Positions 41,501 to 55,000 of a stretch of 64,000 nucleotides of DNA are shown in pieces. The stretch's first letter is position 1, and each line of letters opens with the position of its first letter. Both the position numbers and the translations under genes were made by a program. The stretch lies in the NCBI RefSeq assembly GCF_009914755.1, contig NC_060942.1; one strand, written 5' to 3'. The notes under the pieces were generated by a model. It saw only the letters and a program-made list of their open reading frames with translations. It was not told where the DNA came from and made no database searches. The stretch is from the human T2T-CHM13v2.0 reference genome, Homo sapiens.

Positions 41501-44500
41501 TTGGAGCGCTTTCAGGGCTAAGGTGAAAAAGGAAATATCTTCCCATAAAAACTGGACAGAAGCATTCTCAGAAACTTGTTTATGATGTATCTACTCAACT
41601 AACAAAGTTGAACCTTTCTTTTGATAGAGCAGTTTTGAAATGCTCTTTTTGTGGAATCTGCAAGTGGATATTTGGCTAGTTTTGAGGATTTCGTTGGAAG
41701 CGGGAATTCATACAAATTGCAGACTGCAGCGTTCTGAGAAACATCTTTGTGATGTTTGTATTCAGGACAGAGAGTTGAACATTCCCTATCATAGAGCAGG
41801 TTGGAATCACTCCTTTTGTAGTATCTGGAAGTGGACATTTGGAGCGCTTTCAGGCCTATGTTGAAAAAGGAGATATCTTCCCATAACAACTAGACACAAG
41901 CATTCTCAGAAACTTGTTTGTGATGTGTGCCCTCTACTGACAGAGTTGAACCTTTCTTTTCATAGAGCAGTTTTGAAACACTCTTTTTGTAGAATCTGCA
42001 AGAGGATATTTGCATAGCTTTGAGGATTTCGTGGGAAACGGGATTGTCTTCAGGTAAAATCTAGACAGAAGCATTCTCAGAAACTTCTTTGGGATGTTTG
42101 CATTCAAGTCACAGAGTAGAACATTCCCTTTGGTAGAGCAGGTTTGAAACACTCTTTTTGTAGTATCTGGAAGTGGACATTTGGAGCGCTTTCAGGCCTA
42201 TGTTGGAAAGGGAAATATCTTCCCGTAACAACTAGGCAGAAGCATTCTCAGAAACTTATTTGAGATGTGTGTACTCAACTAAGAGAATTAAACCACCGTT
42301 TAGAAGGAGCAGTTTTGAAACACTCTTTTTCTGGAATCTGCAAGAGGATATTTGCCTAGCCTTGAGGATTTCGTTGGAAACGGGATTGTCTTCAGATCAA
42401 ATCTAGACAGAAGCATTCTCAGAAACTTCTTTGGGATGTTTGCATTCAAGTCACAGAGTAGAACATTCCCTTTGGTAGAGCAGGTTTGAAACACTCTTTT
42501 TTTAGTATATGGAAGTGGACATTTGGAGCGCTTTCAGGCCTACGTTGGAAAAGGAAATATCTTCCCATAACAACTAGACAGAAGCATTCTCAGAAACTAG
42601 TTTCTGATGTGTGTCCTCAACTAACACAGTTGAACATTTCTTTAGACAGAACAGTTTTGAAACTCTCTTTTTGTGGAATCTGCAAGTGGCTATTTGGCTA
42701 GATTTGAGGATTTCGTTGGAAACGGGATTACATATAAAAAGCAGACAGCAGCATTCTCAGAAAGTTCTTTGTGATGATTGCATTCAAGTCACAGAATTGA
42801 ACATTCCCTTTCACAGAGCAGGTTTGAAACACTCTTTTTGTAGTGTGTGTAAGTGGACATTTGGAGCACTTTCCGGCCTAAGGTGAAAAAGGAAATATCT
42901 TCCCATAAAAACTAGACAGAAGCATTCTCAGAAACTTACTCGTGATGTGTGTCCTCAACTAAAGGAGTAGAACCTTTCTTTTCATAGAGAAGTTTTGAAA
43001 CGCTCTTTTTGTGGAATCTGCAAGTGGATATTTGGCTAGTTTGGAGGATTTCGTTGGAAGCGGGAATTCATACAAATTGCAGACTGCAGCGTTCTGAGAA
43101 ACATCTTTGTGATGTTTGTATTCAGGACACAGAGTTGAACATTCCCTATCATAGAGCAGGTTGGAATCACTCCTTTTGTAGTATCTGGAAGTGGACATTT
43201 GGAGTGCTTTCAGGCCTATGTTGGAAAAGGAAATATCTTCCCATAACAACTAGACAGAAGCATTCTCAGAAACTTATTTGAGATGTGTGTACTCAACTAA
43301 GAGAATTGAACCACCGTTTTGAAGGAGCAGTTTTGAAACACTCTTTTTCTGGAATCTGCAAGTGGATATTTGGCTAGCTTTGGGGATTTCGCTGGAGGCG
43401 GGAATACATATAAAAAGCACACAGCAGCGTTCTGAGAAACTGCTTTCTGATGTTTGCATTCAAGTCAAAAGTTGAACACTCCCTTTCATAGAGCAGTCCT
43501 GAAACACTCCTTTTGTAGTATCTGGAACTGGACTTTTGGAGCGCTTTCAGGGCTAAGGTGAAAAAGGAAATATCTTCCCATAAAAACTGGACAGAAGCAT
43601 TCTCAGAAACTTTTTTATGCTGTATCTACTCAACTAACAAAGTTGAACCTTTCTTTTGATAGAGCAGTTTTGAAATGCTCTTTTTGTGGAATCTGCAAGT
43701 GGATATTTGGCTAGTTTTGAGGATTTCGTTGGAAGCGGGAATTCATACAAATTGCAGACTGCAGCGTTCTGAGAAACATCTTTGTGATGTTTGTATTCAG
43801 GACAGAGAGTTGAACATTCCCTATCATAGAGCAGGTTGGAATCACTCCTTTTGTAGTATCTGGAAGTGGACATTTGGAGCGCTTTCTGGCCTATGTTGAA
43901 AAAGGAAATATCTTCCCATAACAACTAGACACAAGCATTCTCAGAAACTTGTTTGTGATGTGTGCCCTCTACTGACAGAGTTGAACCTTTCTTTTCATAG
44001 AGCAGTTTTGAAACACTCTTTTTGTAGAATCTGCAAGAGGATATTTGCATAGCTTTGAGGATTTCGTGGGAAACGGGATTGTCTTCAGGTAAAATCTAGA
44101 CAGAAGCATTCTCAGAAACTTCTTTGGGATGTTTGCATTCAAGTCACAGAGTAGAACATTCCCTTTGGTAGAGCAGGTTTGAAACACTCTTTTTGTAGTA
44201 TCTGGAAGTGGACATTTGGAGCGCTTTCAGGCCTATGTTGGAAAGGGAAATATCTTCCGGTAACAACTAGGCAGAAGCATTCTCAGAAACTTATTTGAGA
44301 TGTGTGTACTCAACTAAGAGAATTGAACCACCGTTTTGAAGGAGCAGTTTTGAAACACTCTTTTTCTGGAATCTGCAAGAGGATATTTGCCTAGCTTTGA
44401 GGATTTCGTTGGAAACGGGATTGTGTTCAGATCAAATCTAGACAGAAGCATTCTCAGAAACTTCTTTGGGATGTTTGCATTCAAGTCACAGAGTAGAACA

Positions 44501-44619
44501 TTCCCTTTGGTAGAGCAGGTGTGAAACACTCTTTTTTTAGTATATGGAAGTGGACATTTGGAGCGCTTTCAGGCCTACGTTGGAAAAGGAAATATCTTCC
44601 CATAACAACTAGACAGAAG

Positions 44620-45294
44620 CATTCTCAGAAACTAGTTTCTGATATGTGTCCTCAACTAACACAGTTGAACATTTCTTTAGACAGAACAGTTTTGAAACTC
44701 TCTTTTTGTGGAATCTGCAAGTGGCTATTTGGCTAGATTTGAGGATTTCGTTGGAAACGGGATTACATATAAAAAGCAGACAGCAGCATTCTCAGAAAGT
44801 TCTTTGTGATGATTGCATTCAAGTCACAGAATTGAACATTCCCTTTCACAGAGCAGGTTTGAAACACTCTTTTTGTAGTGTGTGTAAGTGGACATTTGGA
44901 GCACTTTCCGGCCTAAGGTGAGAAAGGAAATATCTTCCCATAAAAACTAGACAGAAGCATTCTCAGAAACTTACTCGTGATGTGTGTCCTCAACTAAAGG
45001 AGTAGAACCTTTCTTTCATAGAGAAGTTTTGAAACGCTCTTTTTGTGGAATCTGCAAGTGGATATTTGGCTAGTTTGGAGGATTTCGTTGGAAGCGGGAA
45101 TTCATACAAATTGCAGACTGCAGCGTTCTGAGAAACATCTTTGTGATGTTTGTATTCAGGACACAGAGTTGAACATTCCCTATCATAGAGCAGGTTGGAA
45201 TCACTCCTTTTGTAGTATCTGGAAGTGGACATTTGGAGCGCTTTCAGGCCTACGTTGGAAAAGGAAATATCTTCCCATAACAACTAGACAGAAG
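44620..45294 (+). repeat. 4-mer HOR variant, copy 4
   Basis: Marker spacing 44646 to 45321 = 675; same junction. Confidence 0.92.
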
Positions 45295-48200
45295 CATTCT
45301 CAGAAACTAGTTTCTGATGTGTGTCCTCAACTAACACAGTTGAACATTTCTTTAGACAGAACAGTTTTGAAACACTCTTTTTGTGGAATCTGCAAGTGGC
45401 TATTTGGCTAGATTTGAGGATTTCGTTGGAAACGGGATTACATATAAAAAGCAGACAGCAGCATTCTCAGAAAGTTCTTTGTGATGATTGCATTCAAGTC
45501 ACAGAATTGAACATTCCCTTTCACAGAGCAGGTTTGAAACACTCTTTTTGTAGTGTGTGTAAGTGGACATTTGGAGCACTTTCCGGCCTAAGGTGAAAAA
45601 GGAAATATCTTCCCATAAAAACTAGACAGAAGCACTCTCAGAAACTTACTCGTGATGTGTGTCCTCAACTAAAGGAGTAGAACCTTTCTTTTCATAGAGA
45701 AGTTTTGAAACGCTCTTTTTGTGGAATCTGCAAGTGGATATTTGGCTAGTTTGGAGGATTTCGTTGGAAGCGGGAATTCATACAAATTGCAGACTGCAGC
45801 GTTCTGAGAAACATCTTTGTGATGTTTGTATTCAGGACACAGAGTTGAACATTCCCTATCATAGAGCAGGTTTGAATCACTCCTTTTGTAGTATCTGGAA
45901 GTGGACATTTGGAGCGCTTTCAGGCCTATGTTGGAAAAGGAAATATCTTCCCATAACAACTAGACAGAAGCATTCTCAGAAACTTATTTGAGATGTGTGT
46001 ACTCAACTAAGAGAATTGAACCACCGTTTTGAAGGAGCAGTTTTGAAACACTCTTTTTCTGGAATCTGCAAGTGGATATTTGGCTAGCTTTGGGGATTTC
46101 GCTGGAGGCGGGAATACATATAAAAAGCACACAGCAGCGTTCTGAGAAACTGCTTTCTGATGTTTGCATTCAAGTCAAAAGTTGAACACTCCCTTTCATA
46201 GAGCAGTCCTGAAACACTCCTTTTGTAGTATCTGGAACTGGACTTTTGGAGCGCTTTCAGGGCTAAGGTGAAAAAGGAAATATCTTCCCATAAAAACTGG
46301 ACAGAAGCATTCTCAGAAACTTGTTTATGCTGTATCTACTCAACTAACAAAGTTGAACCTTTCTTTTGATAGAGCAGTTTTGAAATGCTCTTTTTGTGGA
46401 ATCTGCAAGTGGATATTTGGCTAGTTTTGAGGATTTCGTTGGAAGCGGGAATTCATACAAATTGCAGACTGCAGCGTTCTGAGAAACATCTTTGTGATGT
46501 TTGTATTCAGGACAGAGAGTTGAACATTCCCTATCATAGAGCAGGTTGGAATCACTCCTTTTGTAGTATCTGGAAGTGGACATTTGGAGCGCTTTCTGGC
46601 CTATGTTGAAAAAGGAAATATCTTCCCATAACAACTAGACACAAGCATTCTCAGAAACTTGTTTGTGATGTGTGCCCTCTACTGACAGAGTTGAACCTTT
46701 CTTTTCATAGAGCAGTTTTGAAACACTCTTTTTGTAGAATCTGCAAGAGGATATTTGCATAGCTTTGAGGATTTCGTGGGAAACGGGATTGTCTTCAGGT
46801 AAAATCTAGACAGAAGCATTCTCAGAAACTTCTTTGGGATGTTTGCATTCAAGTCACAGAGTAGAACATTCCCTTTGGTAGAGCAGGTTTGAAACACTCT
46901 TTTTGTAGTATCTGGAAGTGGACATTTGGAGCGCTTTCAGGCCTATGTTGGAAAGGGAAATATCTTCCGGTAACAACTAGGCAGAAGCATTCTCAGAAAC
47001 TTATTTGAGATGTGTGTACTCAACTAAGAGAATTGAACCACCGTTTTGAAGGAGCAGTTTTGAAACACTCTTTTTCTGGAATCTGCAAGAGGATATTTGC
47101 CTAGCTTTGAGGATTTCGTTGGAAACGGGATTGTGTTCAGATCAAATCTAGACAGAAGCATTCTCAGAAACTTCTTTGGGATGTTTGCATTCAAGTCACA
47201 GAGTAGAACATTCCCTTTGGTAGAGCAGGTGTGAAACACTCTTTTTTTAGTATATGGAAGTGGACATTTGGAGCGCTTTCAGGCCTACGTTGGAAAAGGA
47301 AATATCTTCCCATAACAACTAGACAGAAGCATTCTCAGAAACTAGTTTCTGATGTGTGTCCTCAACTAACACAGTTGAACATTTCTTTAGACAGAACAGT
47401 TTTGAAACTCTCTTTTTGTGGAATCTGCAAGTGGCTATTTGGCTAGATTTGAGGATTTCGTTGGAAACGGGATTACATATAAAAAGCAGACAGCAGCATT
47501 CTCAGAAAGTTCTTTGTGATGATTGCATTCAAGTCACAGAATTGAACATTCCCTTTCACAGAGCAGGTTTGAAACACTCTTTTTGTAGTGTGTGTAAGTG
47601 GACATTTGGAGCACTTTCCGGCCTAAGGTGAGAAAGGAAATATCTTCCCATAAAAACTAGACAGAAGCATTCTCAGAAACTTACTCGTGATGTGTGTCCT
47701 CAACTAAAGGAGTAGAACCTTTCTTTCATAGAGAAGTTTTGAAACGCTCTTTTTGTGGAATCTGCAAGTGGATATTTGGCTAGTTTGGAGGATTTCGTTG
47801 GAAGCGGGAATTCATACAAATTGCAGACTGCAGCGTTCTGAGAAACATCTTTGTGATGTTTGTATTCAGGACACAGAGTTGAACATTCCCTATCATAGAG
47901 CAGGTTTGAATCACTCCTTTTGTAGTATCTGGAAGTGGACATTTGGAGCGCTTTCAGGCCTATGTTGGAAAAGGAAATATCTTCCCATAACAACTAGACA
48001 GAAGCATTCTCAGAAACTTATTTGAGATGTGTGTACTCAACTAAGAGAATTGAACCACCGTTTTGAAGGAGCAGTTTTGAAACACTCTTTTTCTGGAATC
48101 TGCAAGTGGATATTTGGCTAGCTTTGGGGATTTCGCTGGATGCGGGAATACATATAAAAAGCACACAGCAGCGTTCTGAGAAACTGCTTTCTGATGTTTG

Positions 48201-51200
48201 CATTCAAGTCAAAAGTTGAACACTCCCTTTCATAGAGCAGTCCTGAAACACTCCTTTTGTAGTATCTGGAACTGGACTTTTGGAGCGCTTTCAGGGCTAA
48301 GGTGAAAAAGGAAATATCTTCCCATAAAAACTGGACAGAAGCATTCTCAGAAACTTTTTTATGCTGTATCTACTCAACTAACAAAGTTGAACCTTTCTTT
48401 TGATAGAGCAGTTTTGAAATGCTCTTTTTGTGGAATCTGCAAGTGGATATTTGGCTAGTTTTGAGGATTTCGTTGGAAGCGGGAATTCATACAAATTGCA
48501 GACTGCAGCGTTCTGAGAAACATCTTTGTGATGTTTGTATTCAGGACAGAGAGTTGAACATTCCCTATCATAGAGCAGGTTGGAATCACTCCTTTTGTAG
48601 TATCTGGAAGTGGACATTTGGAGCGCTTTCTGGCCTATGTTGAAAAAGGAAATATCTTCCCATAACAACTAGACACAAGCATTCTCAGAAACTTGTTTGT
48701 GATGTGTGCCCTCTACTGACAGAGTTGAACCTTTCTTTTCATAGAGCAGTTTTGAAACACTCTTTTTGTAGAATCTGCAAGAGGATATTTGCATAGCTTT
48801 GAGGATTTCGTGGGAAACGGGATTGTCTTCAGGTAAAATCTAGACAGAAGCATTCTCAGAAACTTCTTTGGGATGTTTGCATTCAAGTCACAGAGTAGAA
48901 CATTCCCTTTGGTAGAGCAGGTTTGAAACACTCTTTTTGTAGTATCTGGAAGTGGACATTTGGAGCGCTTTCAGGCCTATGTTGGAAAGGGAAATATCTT
49001 CCGGTAACAACTAGGCAGAAGCATTCTCAGAAACTTATTTGAGATGTGTGTACTCAACTAAGAGAATTGAACCACCGTTTTGAAGGAGCAGTTTTGAAAC
49101 ACTCTTTTTCTGGAATCTGCAAGAGGATATTTGCCTAGCTTTGAGGATTTCGTTGGAAACGGGATTGTGTTCAGATCAAATCTAGACAGAAGCATTCTCA
49201 GAAACTTCTTTGGGATGTTTGCATTCAAGTCACAGAGTAGAACATTCCCTTTGGTAGAGCAGGTGTGAAACACTCTTTTTTTAGTATATGGAAGTGGACA
49301 TTTGGAGCGCTTTCAGGCCTACGTTGGAAAAGGAAATATCTTCCCATAACAACTAGACAGAAGCATTCTCAGAAACTAGTTTCTGATGTGTGTCCTCAAC
49401 TAACACAGTTGAACATTTCTTTAGACAGAACAGTTTTGAAACTCTCTTTTTGTGGAATCTGCAAGTGGCTATTTGGCTAGATTTGAGGATTTCGTTGGAA
49501 ACGGGATTACATATAAAAAGCAGACAGCAGCATTCTCAGAAAGTTCTTTGTGATGATTGCATTCAAGTCACAGAATTGAACATTCCCTTTCACAGAGCAG
49601 GTTTGAAACACTCTTTTTGTAGTGTGTGTAAGTGGACATTTGGAGCACTTTCCGGCCTAAGGTGAGAAAGGAAATATCTTCCCATAAAAACTAGACAGAA
49701 GCATTCTCAGAAACTTACTCGTGATGTGTGTCCTCAACTAAAGGAGTAGAACCTTTCTTTCATAGAGAAGTTTTGAAACGCTCCTTTTGTGGAATCTGCA
49801 AGTGGATATTTGGCTAGTTTGGAGGATTTCGTTGGAAGCGGGAATTCATACAAATTGCAGACTGCAGCGTTCTGAGAAACATCTTTGTGATGTTTGTATT
49901 CAGGACACAGAGTTGAACATTCCCTATCATAGAGCAGGTTTGAATCACTCCTTTTGTAGTATCTGGAAGTGGACATTTGGAGCGCTTTCAGGCCTATGTT
50001 GGAAAAGGAAATATCTTCCCATAACAACTAGACAGAAGCATTCTCAGAAACTTATTTGAGATGTGTGTACTCAACTAAGAGAATTGAACCACCGTTTTGA
50101 AGGAGCAGTTTTGAAACACTCTTTTTCTGGAATCTGCAAGTGGATATTTGGCTAGCTTTGGGGATTTCGCTGGATGCGGGAATACATATAAAAAGCACAC
50201 AGCAGCGTTCTGAGAAACTGCTTTCTGATGTTTGCATTCAAGTCAAAAGTTGAACACTCCCTTTCATAGAGCAGTCCTGAAACACTCCTTTTGTAGTATC
50301 TGGAACTGGACTTTTGGAGCGCTTTCAGGGCTAAGGTGAAAAAGGAAATATCTTCCCATAAAAACTGGACAGAAGCATTCTCAGAAACTTTTTTATGCTG
50401 TATCTACTCAACTAACAAAGTTGAACCTTTCTTTTGATAGAGCAGTTTTGAAATGCTCTTTTTGTGGAATCTGCAAGTGGATATTTGGCTAGTTTTGAGG
50501 ATTTCGTTGGAAGCGGGAATTCATACAAATTGCAGACTGCAGCGTTCTGAGAAACATCTTTGTGATGTTTGTATTCAGGACAGAGAGTTGAACATTCCCT
50601 ATCATAGAGCAGGTTGGAATCACTCCTTTTGTAGTATCTGGAAGTGGACATTTGGAGCGCTTTCTGGCCTATGTTGAAAAAGGAAATATCTTCCCATAAC
50701 AACTAGACACAAGCATTCTCAGAAACTTGTTTGTGATGTGTGCCCTCTACTGACAGAGTTGAACCTTTCTTTTCATAGAGCAGTTTTGAAACACTCTTTT
50801 TGTAGAATCTGCAAGAGGATATTTGCATAGCTTTGAGGATTTCGTGGGAAACGGGATTGTCTTCAGGTAAAATCTAGACAGAAGCATTCTCAGAAACTTC
50901 TTTGGGATGTTTGCATTCAAGTCACAGAGTAGAACATTCCCTTTGGTAGAGCAGGTTTGAAACACTCTTTTTGTAGTATCTGGAAGTGGACATTTGGAGC
51001 GCTTTCAGGCCTATGTTGGAAAGGGAAATATCTTCCGGTAACAACTAGGCAGAAGCATTCTCAGAAACTTATTTGAGATGTGTGTACTCAACTAAGAGAA
51101 TTGAACCACCGTTTTGAAGGAGCAGTTTTGAAACACTCTTTTTCTGGAATCTGCAAGAGGATATTTGCCTAGCTTTGAGGATTTCGTTGGAAACGGGATT

Positions 51201-51397
51201 GTGTTCAGATCAAATCTAGACAGAAGCATTCTCAGAAACTTCTTTGGGATGTTTGCATTCAAGTCACAGAGTAGAACATTCCCTTTGGTAGAGCAGGTGT
51301 GAATCACTCTTTTTTTAGTATATGGAAGTGGACATTTGGAGCGCTTTCAGGCCTACGTTGGAAAAGGAAATATCTTCCCATAACAACTAGACAGAAG

Positions 51398-52072
51398 CAT
51401 TCTCAGAAACTAGTTTCTGATGTGTGTCCTCAACTAACACAGTTGAACATTTCTTTAGACAGAACAGTTTTGAAACTCTCTTTTTGTGGAATCTGCAAGT
51501 GGCTATTTGGCTAGATTTGAGGATTTCGTTGGAAACGGGATTACATATAAAAAGCAGACACCAGCATTCTCAGAAAGTTCTTTGTGATGATTGCATTCAA
51601 GTCACAGAATTGAACATTCCCTTTCACAGAGCAGGTTTGAAACACTCTTTTTGTAGTGTGTGTAAGTGGACATTTGGAGCACTTTCCGGCCTAAGGTGAG
51701 AAAGGAAATATCTTCCCATAAAAACTAGACAGAAGCATTCTCAGAAACTTACTCGTGATGTGTGTCCTCAACTAAAGGAGTAGAACCTTTCTTTCATAGA
51801 GAAGTTTTGAAACGCTCTTTTTGTGGAATCTGCAAGTGGATATTTGGCTAGTTTGGAGGATTTCGTTGGAAGCGGGAATTCATACAAATTGCAGACTGCA
51901 GCGTTCTGAGAAACATCTTTGTGATGTTTGTATTCAGGACACAGAGTTGAACATTCCCTATCATAGAGCAGGTTGGAATCACTCCTTTTGTAGTATCTGG
52001 AAGTGGACATTTGGAGCGCTTTCAGGCCTACGTTGGAAAAGGAAATATCTTCCCATAACAACTAGACAGAAG
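51398..52072 (+). repeat. 4-mer HOR variant, copy 5
   Basis: Marker spacing 51424 to 52099 = 675; same junction. Confidence 0.92.
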
Positions 52073-55000
52073 CATTCTCAGAAACTAGTTTCTGATGTGT
52101 GTCCTCAACTAACACAGTTGAACATTTCTTTAGACAGAACAGTTTTGAAACACTCTTTTTGTGGAATCTGCAAGTGGCTATTTGGCTAGATTTGAGGATT
52201 TCGTTGGAAACGGGATTACATATAAAAAGCAGACAGCAGCATTCTCAGAAAGTTCTTTGTGATGATTGCATTCAAGTCACAGAATTGAACATTCCCTTTC
52301 ACAGAGCAGGTTTGAAACACTCTTTTTGTAGTGTGTGTAAGTGGACATTTGGAGCACTTTCCGGCCTAAGGTGAAAAAGGAAATATCTTCCCATAAAAAC
52401 TAGACAGAAGCACTCTCAGAAACTTACTCGTGATGTGTGTCCTCAACTAAAGGAGTAGAACCTTTCTTTTCATAGAGAAGTTTTGAAACGCTCTTTTTGT
52501 GGAATCTGCAAGTGGATATTTGGCTAGTTTGGAGGATTTCGTTGGAAGCGGGAATTCATACAAATTGCAGACTGCAGCGTTCTGAGAAACATCTTTGTGA
52601 TGTTTGTATTCAGGACACAGAGTTGAACATTCCCTATCATAGAGCAGGTTTGAATCACTCCTTTTGTAGTATCTGGAAGTGGACATTTGGAGCGCTTTCA
52701 GGCCTATGTTGGAAAAGGAAATATCTTCCCATAACAACTAGACAGAAGCATTCTCAGAAACTTATTTGAGATGTGTGTACTCAACTAAGAGAATTGAACC
52801 ACCGTTTTGAAGGAGCAGTTTTGAAACACTCTTTTTCTGGAATCTGCAAGTGGATATTTGGCTAGCTTTGGGGATTTCGCTGGAAGCGGGAATACATATA
52901 AAAAGCACACAGCAGCGTTCTGAGAAACTGCTTTCTGATGTTTGCATTCAAGTCAAAAGTTGAACACTCCCTTTCATAGTGCAGTCCTGAAACACTCCTT
53001 TTGTACTATCTGGAACTGGACTTTTGGAGCGCTTTCAGGGCTAAGGTGAAAAAGGAAATATCTTCCCATAAAAACTGGACAGAAGCATTCTCAGAAACTT
53101 GTTTATGCTGTATCTACTCAACTAACAAAGTTGAACCTTTCTTTTGATAGAGCAGTTTTGAAATGCTCTTTTTGTGGAATCTGCAAGTGGATATTTGGCT
53201 AGTTTTGAGGATTTCGTTGGAAGCGGGAATTCATACAAATTGCAGACTGCAGCGTTCTGAGAAACATCTTTGTGATGTTTGTATTCAGGACAGAGAGTTG
53301 AACATTCCCTATCATAGAGCAGGTTGGAATCACTCCTTTTGTAGTATCTGGAAGTGGACATTTGGAGCGCTTTCAGGCCTATGTTGAAAAAGGAGATATC
53401 TTCCCATAACAACTAGACACAAGCATTCTCAGAAACTTGTTTGTGATGTGTGCCCTCTACTGACAGAGTTGAACCTTTCTTTTCATAGAGCAGTTTTGAA
53501 ACACTCTTTTTGTAGAATCTGCAAGAGGATATTTGCATAGCTTTGAGGATTTCGTGGGAAACGGGATTGTCTTCAGGTAAAATCTAGACAGAAGCATTCT
53601 CAGAAACTTCTTTGGGATGTTTGCATTCAAGTCACAGAGTAGAACATTCCCTTTGGTAGAGCAGGTTTGAAACACTCTTTTTGTAGTATCTGGAAGTGGA
53701 CATTTGGAGCGCTTTCAGGCCTATGTTGGAAAGGGAAATATCTTCCCGTAACAACTAGGCAGAAGCATTCTCAGAAACTTATTTGAGATGTGTGTACTCA
53801 ACTAAGAGAATTGAACCACCGTTTTGAAGGAGCAGTTTTGAAACACTCTTTTTCTGGAATCTGCAAGAGGATATTTGCCTAGCCTTGAGGATTTCGTTGG
53901 AAACGGGATTGTCTTCAGATCAAATCTAGACAGAAGCATTCTCAGAAACTTCTTTGGGATGTTTGCATTCAAGTCACAGAGTAGAACATTCCCTTTGGTA
54001 GAGCAGGTTTGAAACACTCTTTTTTTAGTATATGGAAGTGGACATTTGGAGCGCTTTCAGGCCTACGTTGGAAAAGGAAATATCTTCCCATAACAACTAG
54101 ACAGAAGCATTCTCAGAAACTAGTTTCTGATGTGTGTCCTCAACTAACACAGTTGAACATTTCTTTAGACAGAACAGTTTTGAAACTCTCTTTTTGTGGA
54201 ATCTGCAAGTGGCTATTTGGCTAGATTTGAGGATTTCGTTGGAAACGGGATTACATATAAAAAGCAGACAGCAGCATTCTCAGAAAGTTCTTTGTGATGA
54301 TTGCATTCAAGTCACAGAATTGAACATTCCCTTTCACAGAGCAGGTTTGAAACACTCTTTTTATAGTGTGTGTAAGTGGACATTTGGAGCACTTTCCGGC
54401 CTAAGGTGAAAAAGGAAATATCTTCCCATAAAAACTAGACAGAAGCATTCTCAGAAACTTACTCGTGATGTGTGTCCTCAACTAAAGGAGTAGAACCTTT
54501 CTTTTCATAGAGAAGTTTTGAAACGCTCTTTTTGTGGAATCTGCAAGTGGATATTTGGCTAGTTTGGAGGATTTCGTTGGAAGCGGGAATTCATACAAAT
54601 TGCAGACTGCAGCGTTCTGAGAAACATCTTTGTGATGTTTGTATTCAGGACACAGAGTTGAACATTCCCTATCATAGAGCAGGTTGGAATCACTCCTTTT
54701 GTAGTATCTGGAAGTGGACATTTGGAGTGCTTTCAGGCCTATGTTGGAAAAGGAAATATCTTCCCATAACAACTAGACAGAAGCATTCTCAGAAACTTAT
54801 TTGAGATGTGTGTACTCAACTAAGAGAATTGAACCACCGTTTTGAAGGAGCAGTTTTGAAACACTCTTTTTCTGGAATCTGCAAGTGGATATTTGGCTAG
54901 CTTTGGGGATTTCGCTGGAGGCGGGAATACAAATAAAAAGCACACAGCAGCGTTCTGAGAAACTGCTTTCTGATGTTTGCATTCAAGTCAAAAGTTGAAC

